Shown here: positions 18,332-28,012 of the stretch, in pieces
How positions within the stretch are numbered: the first letter of the stretch is position 1
How the letters are laid out: each line of letters begins with the position of its first letter
NCBI GenBank assembly: GCA_036826495.1
Contig: DAISWF010000010.1
Coordinates: forward strand, 1 to 51,101
Origin: Burkholderiaceae bacterium
GTDB taxonomy: Bacteria > Pseudomonadota > Gammaproteobacteria > Burkholderiales > Burkholderiaceae_E
DNA: 51,101 nt
Reading direction: 5' to 3'
Translations under genes and position numbers: made by a program
The notes under the pieces: generated by a model
Databases searched by the model: none
What the model was told of the DNA's origin: nothing
The model's input: only the letters and a program-made list of their open reading frames with translations

Positions 18332-19201
18332 TCAATGCGCGTCCGCGCCGCCGCCGCCCGCATTGGCGCGCACTTCCTCCTGCACCGCGTGCAGCAGCTC
18401 GCGCTGCAGCTCGATGAACCCGGGTGCCGTGAGGAAACCGGCATCACGCGGCTTCTCGGCCTCGACCTGCGCCGAGACCTTGATGCGGCCCGGACGGCGA
18501 CTCATCACCAGCACGCGGTCGGCCACGAAGATCGCCTCCGACACGTCGTGGGTGATGAAGAAGATCGTCGGCTGATACTCCTGCCACAGCTTCAGCAGAA
18601 GCTCCTGCATCGAGATGCGGGTCTGGTAGTCCAGCGCGCCGAACGGCTCGTCCATCAGCAGCACCTTGGGCTCGGAAACCAGCGCGCGGCAGATCTGCAC
18701 GCGCTGCTGCATGCCGCCCGAAAGCTGATACGGGTAGTGATGCTCGAACCCTGCGAGCCCCACTTCGCCGAGCAGATGCATCGCCCGCGCGGTGTACTGG
18801 TCACGCGGCGTGCCCCGGCACTTCACGCCGAGCGTGACGTTGTCGAACACGTTCAGCCAGGGAAACAGCGACGGCTGCTGGAACACCACCGCCCGGTCGG
18901 GGCCCGGCCCCTCGATCGGCTTGCCGTCCAGCGTGACGACGCCGCTGGAGGGCATCTCGAAGCCGGCGATGATGTTCAGCGTCGACGACTTGCCGCAGCC
19001 GGTGGGGCCGAGCACCGTGACGATCTCCGCGGGGCGGATGGCGATGTCCAGGCTGTCGAGCGCGAGCGTCGGCTTGGCATGACGGCCGACCCCTCCGTAC
19101 AGCTTGCTGACATTGCGGAATGCGATCTTGGGAGCGGCCGCGGCACCCGCATGCACGGCATCCCGGTTCATCGGGCGTAGCTGTTCGACGACGGCATTCA
19201 T
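18332..19201 (-). CDS. ABC transporter ATP-binding protein (NitT/TauT family)
   Basis: 289 aa. Walker A is GPTGCGKSS, signature is LSGGMQQRV, Walker B is [11 protein letters not shown], and the H-loop is ITHD. Confidence 0.92.
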   Translation of the reverse strand: MNAVVEQLRPMNRDAVHAGAAAAPKIAFRNVSKLYGGVGRHAKPTLALDSLDIAIRPAEIVTVLGPTGCGKSSTLNIIAGFEMPSSGVVTLDGKPIEGPGPDRAVVFQQPSLFPWLNVFDNVTLGVKCRGTPRDQYTARAMHLLGEVGLAGFEHHYPYQLSGGMQQRVQICRALVSEPKVLLMDEPFGALDYQTRISMQELLLKLWQEYQPTIFFITHDVSEAIFVADRVLVMSRRPGRIKVSAQVEAEKPRDAGFLTAPGFIELQRELLHAVQEEVRANAGGGGADAH

Positions 19202-19237
19202 GGCGGTGACGGAGTGGGTGGGGTGGTGGGTAGTGGC

Positions 19238-19267
19238 ACTATAGTCCTATATAGCTCCTTAGTGCAA
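19238..19267 (-). promoter_or_regulatory. Candidate sigma70 promoter of the ABC/oxygenase/sulfatase operon, with overlapping palindromes
   Basis: The minus strand reads TTGCAC (19267-19262), an 18-nt spacer, then TATAGT (19243-19238), in the only AT-rich island upstream of 19201. Two adjacent 8-bp perfect palindromes, ACTATAGT (19238-19245) and CTATATAG (19247-19254), overlap the -10 and spacer and may form an operator. Confidence 0.45.
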
Positions 19268-19293
19268 GTGTGCGGGTTGCAGGGATAACCCTG

Positions 19294-19328
19294 GGGAGGG
19301 CCCGCATAGCCTGACGGGCTCCAGACGG
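19294..19328. repeat. Copy A of a 35-nt intergenic motif shared with 26623-26657
   Basis: GGGAGGGCCCGCATAGCCTGACGGGCTCCAGACGG matches GGGAGGGTCCGCATGACCTGACGGGCTCCAGACGG at 32/35 positions. It lies just upstream of the candidate -35 of the minus-strand operon. Confidence 0.7.
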
Positions 19329-19429
19329 ACCGTGCGAAAGGTGACGGGCAGCGTGTCAGCGAGACGGCCGTTCCCGCGCTGCGTCAGCGCTCGGCCCGGC
19401 GTCTCGGCATCGCTGCGGCGGACGGAAAA

Positions 19430-19642
19430 TCAGCGGTGCCGCTGCGGCGTCGTTCCCCGGCGCACACCGCGGCGGGCGGGTTCGAACGGCGCCCGGCCGC
19501 GGCGGCCGGGCTCCCAGTCCATCTCGTTGGGGCGCAGCCGGTCTCCGGGCATCGTCCGCTCGGCCGGCGGCCCCGACGGCTGGGGCCGCGCAGGCGGGAC
19601 CGGGTCCGACAGGTCGTACGAGCGAAGTCCGTAGCGAGGCAT
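19430..19642 (-). CDS. Possible 70-aa Pro/Arg-rich hypothetical protein
   Basis: Internal ATG of track ORF 19430-19852. GAGGAG lies 6 nt upstream (cccagaggagtgtgcaATG). Third-position G/C is high by eye. No recognisable family, and the composition is also what high-GC noise produces. Confidence 0.25.
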   Translation of the reverse strand: MPRYGLRSYDLSDPVPPARPQPSGPPAERTMPGDRLRPNEMDWEPGRRGRAPFEPARRGVRRGTTPQRHR

Positions 19643-19898
19643 TGCACACTCCTCTGGGAAGACGAACCGCCGGCGTCGCGCCAGCCGGTTTCCAGAACGG
19701 GACCGAGTGAACGGCAAGCGTCGTTCCCGATGCCTTCCCCTTGCAAGATGTCGGGAATGGCGGGCCGTGACGAGGGGGAGCCGCACGGGGCCTCGCGGAT
19801 GCCGGGTCAGCACGGGCGGCGGACTGCAGCGATCTGGCGGACCGCCGCGCATGCTGCTCTAATATCCCGACGCGGCCGGCCGCGAGGAGACATCGCCG

Positions 19899-20642
19899 AT
19901 GGACATCCGCACCCAGCACGGCAGCCCGCTCTACCTGCTCGAGCGGTCCGACGTCGGGCTGGTCCAGCTCGACAGGCACCTGAAGGTCCGGGCGATGAAC
20001 AGCTTCGCCCGCCGCGTGCTGCCGGTCGAGGAGAAGCAGCCGTTCGAGAAGATCGTGCTGTCGTTCCATCCCGAGCGTTCGCAGTCGAAAGTCAGGTTCC
20101 TGATCGACCAGACCGAATGCCCGGTCAGCAATCCGCCGCTGATGACGATGATCATCAACATCCCCGAGCGGGTGCTGCTGATCAAGGTCGCGAAGATGTC
20201 GGACGCGCAGGACGAAACGGTCGGCTACACGCTGGTGTTCTACGACATCACCGAGGCGGTGAGCCGTGACGAACCGGCGGTCCACCGGCCCGACGCCAAG
20301 CGCCAGTTGCAGAAGATCCCGACGGTGTCGGGCAACCGGATCGTGCTGGTCGACGTCGACAGCGTCTGTTATTTCCGCGCCGAGGGTCACTACACCTGGG
20401 TCAACACCGAGCGCGGCACCAGCTTCTGCAATCTGACGATAGGCGACCTCGAGAGCCGGCTCGAGGGCAAGTCGTTCCTGCGGATTCACCGCAGCTACCT
20501 GGTCAATCTCGATCATGCCGAGCAGATCCTGCGCGACGATGGCCGGGTGACGTTGAAGTTCCGTCACGAGGAGGCGGCGCTGCCGGTTGCGCGCACAAGC
20601 GTCGCGCGGCTGCTGCAGGAGCTCGGCATCAGCGAGAGCTGA
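19899..20642 (+). CDS. One-component regulator: N-terminal PAS-like sensor + C-terminal LytTR DNA-binding domain (no receiver, no TM)
   Basis: 247 aa. The PAS-like N-terminus runs VGLVQLDRHLKVRAMNSFARRVL...GYTLVFYDITE. The LytTR core is IVLVDVDSVCYFRAEGHYTWVNTERGTSFCNLTIGDLESRLEGKSFLRIHRSYLVNLDHAEQI. SD gaggag lies upstream of the ATG. Confidence 0.85.
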   Translation: MDIRTQHGSPLYLLERSDVGLVQLDRHLKVRAMNSFARRVLPVEEKQPFEKIVLSFHPERSQSKVRFLIDQTECPVSNPPLMTMIINIPERVLLIKVAKMSDAQDETVGYTLVFYDITEAVSRDEPAVHRPDAKRQLQKIPTVSGNRIVLVDVDSVCYFRAEGHYTWVNTERGTSFCNLTIGDLESRLEGKSFLRIHRSYLVNLDHAEQILRDDGRVTLKFRHEEAALPVARTSVARLLQELGISES

Positions 20643-20755
20643 TCGATCCGCTGGCGAGGGGATCGAACTGCCGGCGCCCGGTCGGCCGGCCGCCGCGCTT
20701 GCGAGCCGCGACCACGCAGCGAATCGACCCCGCAGACCGATGCCCAAAGCCGATG

Positions 20756-20810
20756 CCGCCGTTCGTGCGGCCGCAACCGCAGCTCGTGCGCGGCGCGCCG
20801 CATTTCGTGC
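20756..20810 (+). promoter_or_regulatory. Three direct repeats CCGC-N3-TCGTGC at exact 21-bp phasing upstream of coxM (candidate LytTR operator)
   Basis: R1 is 20756-20768 CCGCCGTTCGTGC, R2 is 20777-20789 CCGCAGCTCGTGC, and R3 is 20798-20810 CCGCATTTCGTGC. They lie between the LytTR gene stop (20642) and the coxM start (20948). Confidence 0.5.
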
Positions 20811-20947
20811 ATCGCCGCCCGGCAGCCGCTCGCGGCTGAGCTAGCTTTCCGATGGAGGGATCCGACGTGCCCGGCCTGCGCCGGTGCATGACGGCTCGCA
20901 TGCCAGGGTCTCGGCGACCCGATGACAAACGGAAGGAGACGCCCGCG

Positions 20948-21820
20948 ATGATTCCGCCGGTCTTCGACTATCACGCGCCCCGTTCGGTCGGCGAGGCGAT
21001 CTCGCTGCTGGGCAGCCTGGGCCCCGACGCCAAGCTGCTGGCCGGCGGTCACAGCCTGCTGCCGATGATGAAGCTGCGCTTCGCGCAGCCGGCCCATCTG
21101 GTCGATCTGAACCGCATCGACGCGTTGCGCGGCATCGAGCAGGTCGGCGACGAGATCCGGATCGGCGCGATGACCACCGAGCATCAGATCCTGAACTCGC
21201 CGCTGCTGGCCGGCAAGGTGCCGCTGCTGGTCGAAGGCGCAGGCTGGATCGCCGACCCGCAGGTGCGCTACCGCGGCACGATAGGCGGCGACATCTCGCA
21301 CGGCGACCCCGGCAACGATCATCCGGCGCTGATGCTGGCGCTCGATGCGTCGTTCGTGCTGCAGGGCCCGGAGGGCGAGCGGGTCGTCAAGGCCGACGGC
21401 TTCTTCCTCGGTCTCTATTCGACCCTGCTCGAGCCGAACGAGATCCTGACGCAGATCCGGATTCCGATTCCGCCGGCCGGCACTGGCTGGTCGTACCGCA
21501 AGCTGAAGCGCAAGACCGGCGACTTCGCGACCGCGGCGACGGCGGCGCTGCTGCGGCTGCAGGACGGCAAGGTCGCGCACGCCAGCATCGCGCTGACCAA
21601 TGCGGGACCGGCCGCGATCAAGGTGCGCGACGCCGAGGCGCACCTGATCGGCAAGCCGTTCGACGAAGCCGCGGTGGCCGAGGCCGCAAGGCTCGCGATG
21701 GCGGCCAGCGAACCGATGGCCGACCAGCGCGGCGACGAGGCCTACAAGCGCGCGATGTGCGGCGAGATGACGCGCCGGGCGTTGCGGGCCGCATATGACC
21801 GCGCGCTTCAGGGCAGATGA
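20948..21820 (+). CDS. coxM: CO dehydrogenase/xanthine-dehydrogenase-family medium (FAD-binding) subunit
   Basis: Start set at MIPPVFDYHAPRSVGEAISLL with SD ggaaggaga. Has the FAD-binding blocks LLAGGHSLLPMMKLR and RYRGTIGGDISHGDP, plus a CO-dehydrogenase flavoprotein C-terminal domain. Confidence 0.9.
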   Translation: MIPPVFDYHAPRSVGEAISLLGSLGPDAKLLAGGHSLLPMMKLRFAQPAHLVDLNRIDALRGIEQVGDEIRIGAMTTEHQILNSPLLAGKVPLLVEGAGWIADPQVRYRGTIGGDISHGDPGNDHPALMLALDASFVLQGPEGERVVKADGFFLGLYSTLLEPNEILTQIRIPIPPAGTGWSYRKLKRKTGDFATAATAALLRLQDGKVAHASIALTNAGPAAIKVRDAEAHLIGKPFDEAAVAEAARLAMAASEPMADQRGDEAYKRAMCGEMTRRALRAAYDRALQGR

Positions 21821-21908
21821 CGGCGCGCAAGATCTCCGGGACGACACGGACGGCAGTGGACCAAAAGTCGCACGAAACTGACAAAACAACGAGCAGGCGG
21901 AGCAGCAG

Positions 21909-22397
21909 ATGGCAAGCACACACCAGGTGTCCTTCGAACTGAACGGCAAGCAGGTCGGCGTGACGGTCGAGTCGCGCGAGCTGCTGATCCACACGCTGCG
22001 TGAGCGGCTGGCGCACACCGGGCCGCACATCGGCTGCGAGACCTCGCACTGCGGCGCCTGCACCGTCGATGTGGACGGCATGTCGGTGAAAGCCTGCACG
22101 ATGCTGACGGTGCAGTGCGACGGCGCGTCGCTGACGACGATCGAAGGACTGGAGAAGGGCGGCGTGCTGCATGCATTGCAGCAGGCGTTCCACGAGGAGC
22201 ACGGGCTGCAGTGCGGCTACTGTACGCCGGGCATGATCACGCGCGCCTATCGGCTGCTGCAGGAGAATCCGAACCCGACCGAGCAGGAGATCCGCTACGG
22301 GATCGCCGGCAACCTGTGCCGCTGCACGGGTTACCAGAACATCGTGAAGGCGGTGCAGGCGGCGGCACGCAAGCTGCAAGCCGCGACGACAGCCTGA
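21909..22397 (+). CDS. coxS: CO dehydrogenase-family small subunit (two 2Fe-2S clusters)
   Basis: 162 aa. Cys patterns are [12 protein letters not shown]...C and QCGYCTPGM...NLCRCTGY. Confidence 0.93.
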   Translation: MASTHQVSFELNGKQVGVTVESRELLIHTLRERLAHTGPHIGCETSHCGACTVDVDGMSVKACTMLTVQCDGASLTTIEGLEKGGVLHALQQAFHEEHGLQCGYCTPGMITRAYRLLQENPNPTEQEIRYGIAGNLCRCTGYQNIVKAVQAAARKLQAATTA

Positions 22398-22446
22398 TCC
22401 GCGGCCATCAGCCGCTTCCCGACGATGGCAATCAACGGAGACATCC

Positions 22447-24848
<2,402 letters not shown>

Positions 24849-24852
<4 letters not shown>

Positions 24853-25619
24853 AGGTCACGTTCGAAAAGGTGTTCGCGATGCCCGGCGCAGCGGCCACGA
24901 CCTGGACGCTGCTGCAGGACATCGAGGCGGTGACGTCGTGCCTGCCGGGCGCCCGGATCACCGCGCGCACCGACGACACGCACTACAAGGGCACGGTGTC
25001 GGTGAAGTTCGGACCGGCCGCGCTGTCGTTCCGCGGCGACGTGGAGGTGCGCGAGCTCGATGCGGCCACCCGCACGCTGCGGCTGATCGGCACCGGCACC
25101 GACGCCACCGGCGGCTCGGCGGCGACGATGGACCTGACCGCGCGGGTCGAGACGGTCGACGAGCTGAGCAGCACGCTGGTGGGCAACAGCGAAGTGTCGA
25201 TGAGCGGCAAGGCGGCGGCGTTCGGCGGACGGATGATCGACTCGGTCGCCGACCAGATCCTGAAGCAGTTCGCCGCGAACCTGGCGGCGAAGGTCGCGGC
25301 GCTGCAGGCACAGCAGGCCGCGACGACGGTCGACGCGGGACTGCGGGCGGACGGAGTCGAAAGGTCCGGACGGGCGGACGGCGGCGAGGCACCCGGTGCG
25401 GCGCCGGGCGCTTCGGCCCGAACGTCGATGCCGTCGGCGGCACCGTCAACCGCTGCGCGGTCGGTTCCACAATCCCCGACGGCCCCCCCTCCTGCAACGA
25501 TCCGCGCATCGCCGGAGGCTCGGCCCGCCGACGAGCCGGCATCGCTCGACGGCTTCGCATTGATGTGGGCGGTCTTCAAGAGCTGGCTGCGCGACCTGTT
25601 CTCGGCCCGGAAGACATGA
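24849..25619 (+). CDS. coxG: CoxG-family SRPBCC protein with a long low-complexity C-terminal extension
   Basis: 256 aa, with an ATGA overlap with coxL. The CoxG core runs MKVTFEKVF...LQDIEAVTSCLPGA...GTVSVKFGPAALSFRGDVEV. About 90 aa of Ala/Pro/Ser-rich sequence follows, then the amphipathic tail FALMWAVFKSWLRDLF. Confidence 0.8.
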
Positions 25620-26521
25620 CCGGGGACGGTCCGCACGACAGGATGGCCGAGGTGGTCGCGCTGAAGCGCGATCTCGCCCAGGCCGGCTACGTCGCCGAGC
25701 ACGGCCTGGTGGCCGCGCTGTTGCTGATGCAGGACCTGGGCCGGCCGCTGCTGCTCGAAGGCGATGCCGGCGTCGGCAAGACCGAGGTCGCCAAGGTGCT
25801 AGCCCGGCTGCGCGGCGCGCCGCTGATCCGGCTGCAATGCTACGAAGGGCTGGACGTGCATGCGGCGCTGTACGAATGGAACTACCAGCGCCAGTTGCTG
25901 GCGATCAAGCTGCTGGAGCACGACGAGCGCGGCATCGCGCAGAAGGAGCAGGACATCTTCTCGGCGCGTTACCTGCTCGAGCGGCCGCTGCTGCAGGCGA
26001 TCACCAGCGAATCGCCGGTGGTGCTGCTGATCGACGAGGTCGACCGCGCCGACACCGCGTTCGAGGCCTACCTGCTGGAGCTGCTGTCGGACTTCCAGGT
26101 GTCGATCCCCGAGCTGGGCACGATCCGCGCCACCAGCCGGCCGCTGGTGGTGATCACCTCCAACGGCACCCGCGAGCTGTCCGATGCGCTGCGCCGGCGC
26201 TGCCTCTATCAGTTCATCGACTATCCCGACCACGACAAGGAACTGGCGATCGTCGGCCTGAAGCTGCCCGACGCGCCGCAGGCGCTGGCCCGGCAGATCG
26301 TCGCGTTCGTGCAGGCGGTGCGGCGCATGGAGCTGCAGAAGAAGCCCGGCATCGCCGAGACGCTCGACTGGGCGGCCGCGCTGCTGCGGCTCGATGTTCG
26401 GGTCATCGACGCCGCCGGTGTCGAGCGGCTGCTGGACACGCTGAGCGCGCTGATCAAGACCCGCGACGATCGCGCGGCGTTCCCGCGGGAAGTCGTCGCG
26501 CGGCTGGCCGCCGCCTGCTGA
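25616..26521 (+). CDS. coxD: MoxR-type AAA+ ATPase (CoxD-like maturation factor)
   Basis: 301 aa from ATG 25616, with an ATGA overlap with coxG. Walker A is LLEGDAGVGKT and Walker B is VLLIDEVDRA. The track hides it in the off-frame ORF 24743-26521. Confidence 0.88.
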   Translation: MTGDGPHDRMAEVVALKRDLAQAGYVAEHGLVAALLLMQDLGRPLLLEGDAGVGKTEVAKVLARLRGAPLIRLQCYEGLDVHAALYEWNYQRQLLAIKLLEHDERGIAQKEQDIFSARYLLERPLLQAITSESPVVLLIDEVDRADTAFEAYLLELLSDFQVSIPELGTIRATSRPLVVITSNGTRELSDALRRRCLYQFIDYPDHDKELAIVGLKLPDAPQALARQIVAFVQAVRRMELQKKPGIAETLDWAAALLRLDVRVIDAAGVERLLDTLSALIKTRDDRAAFPREVVARLAAAC

Positions 26522-26619
26522 GTCTGAAATGGAACGATCTGGTCACGTCCGGGCAGCGCAACGAGCCGTCGCAGCCCTGGCCGGGCATCGCCATCGAGGT
26601 GATCGACATCCTCTGCGTT

Positions 26620-26669
26620 CAAGGGAGGGTCCGCATGACCTGACGGGCTCCAGACGGGCCCTCCCTGGG
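26620..26669. repeat. Copy B of the shared 35-nt motif, here closed into a 12-bp stem hairpin within the coxD-coxE spacer
   Basis: The stem pairs 26622-26633 with 26655-26666, with one T/G (G-U in RNA) position. The 21-nt loop is catgacctgacgggctccaga. The motif core at 26623-26657 matches 19294-19328 at 32/35. Confidence 0.7.
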
Positions 26670-26716
26670 CCTGTCGAGTGCATCTCGATGGCCTCGGCCG
26701 CCGGAGCGGCACCGCG

Positions 26717-27892
26717 ATGACCGCCACGCCGACTTTGCCGCACCCGGGCGCTGCATGCACCTCGGTGGCGGCACTCGGCCAACGGGCCGCGGACCGCCTC
26801 GCGCAGTTCCCGTCGTTCCTGCGCGCCAATGGCTTCGGCATCGGCGGCAACGACCCGGTCGAAGTGCTGCGGACCGCGCAACAGGTCGGCATCCTCGATG
26901 CGGACGTGCTGCGCTGGAGCCTGAAGGCGCTGCTGTGCGGCCGCGGCGACGAATGGCGCCGCTTCGATCCGCTGTTCGATGCCTGGTTCCTGCCCGCGAA
27001 CACCTGGCAGCGGCCGCAGCGCCGTGAGACGGAAGGCCGCGCGCCGGCGGCCGGCAGCGAACCGGCGACCGATGACGGCGATGCGACCACCGACGACGAC
27101 CGCACGCACAACCGCCGCAGCGCGAGCCGCGACGAGGTGCTGAGCTCGGCCGACTTCCGCACATTGACCGAACGCGAGCACCTGCTGGACATCGAGGCAC
27201 TGATGCGGCGCCTCGCGCGCGAGCTGCGGCCGATCCGGCTGCGCCGCGACACCTGGTCGGCGTCGGGCCGGCGGCTCGATCTGCCGACGACGATACGCCG
27301 CAGCATCGGCAGCGGCGGCACGCCGTTCGAGCTGGCCTGGCGCGACCGCCGGCGGGTGCAACCGCGGCTGGTGCTGCTGATCGACGTCAGCCGGTCGATG
27401 GCGTTGTACAGCTTCTTCTACCTGCGGCTGGCGCGGGCGCTCGCCGGCGAGCTGACCGACGTCCACAGCTACATCTTCCACACCCGGGTCACCGCGGTCA
27501 CCCGCGCACTGCAGGATGCCGACCCGTGGCGCGCGCAGGAACGGCTGCATCTGCTCGCCCAGGGCTGGGCCGGCGGCACGCGGATCGGCGAAAGCCTGGA
27601 GCAGTTCAATCGCGACCATGCGCCGGACGTCGTGCACTCGCGCACCGCGATCGTGATCCTCAGCGACGGCTACGACACCGGCGAGCCGGCGCGGCTGTCG
27701 GCGGCGCTCGCGCATCTGCGCGGCAGGGCACGCCGGATCGTCTGGCTGAATCCGCTGATCGGTCAGCCCGGCTACGCGCCGGTGAGCCAGGGCATGCAGG
27801 CGGCATTGCCGCACCTGGACCTGCTCGCACCGGCCGCCGACCTGGACAGCCTGCGCGCGGTACTTCCCGAACTGATCGAGGCCTTGAGATGA
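26717..27892 (+). CDS. coxE: VWA-domain CoxE-like maturation protein
   Basis: MIDAS motif is LVLLIDVSRSM, followed by ILSDGYDTGEP. The N-terminal CoxE-type region is FLRANGFGIG. Start is either ATG 26717 or ATG 26678. Confidence 0.85.
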   Translation: MTATPTLPHPGAACTSVAALGQRAADRLAQFPSFLRANGFGIGGNDPVEVLRTAQQVGILDADVLRWSLKALLCGRGDEWRRFDPLFDAWFLPANTWQRPQRRETEGRAPAAGSEPATDDGDATTDDDRTHNRRSASRDEVLSSADFRTLTEREHLLDIEALMRRLARELRPIRLRRDTWSASGRRLDLPTTIRRSIGSGGTPFELAWRDRRRVQPRLVLLIDVSRSMALYSFFYLRLARALAGELTDVHSYIFHTRVTAVTRALQDADPWRAQERLHLLAQGWAGGTRIGESLEQFNRDHAPDVVHSRTAIVILSDGYDTGEPARLSAALAHLRGRARRIVWLNPLIGQPGYAPVSQGMQAALPHLDLLAPAADLDSLRAVLPELIEALR

Positions 27893-28012
27893 AACGACCC
27901 GCATGCTCACCATGTTCGCTGGCGCGTCGTCCAGCGCATGCACCGGACCTGCTGGCAGCCGGGCGCTACTGACATGGGCTGCATCTTCAAGAACAGCGGC
28001 CTGTACCGGCGG

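Noticed and set aside
20643-20947. A sigma54 (-24/-12) promoter for the cox operon.
   Set aside because: The closest match (TGGCGAGGGGATCGA at about 20652) lacks the TTGC -12 element and abuts the regulator's stop codon. It is not convincing.
26529-26720. 63-aa ORF in the coxD-coxE spacer, and the 100-aa ORF at 19332-19634 (+).
   Set aside because: Neither has an SD. Both have Arg/Gly/Pro-rich junk composition and run across the hairpin/repeat motif, which is better explained as non-coding.
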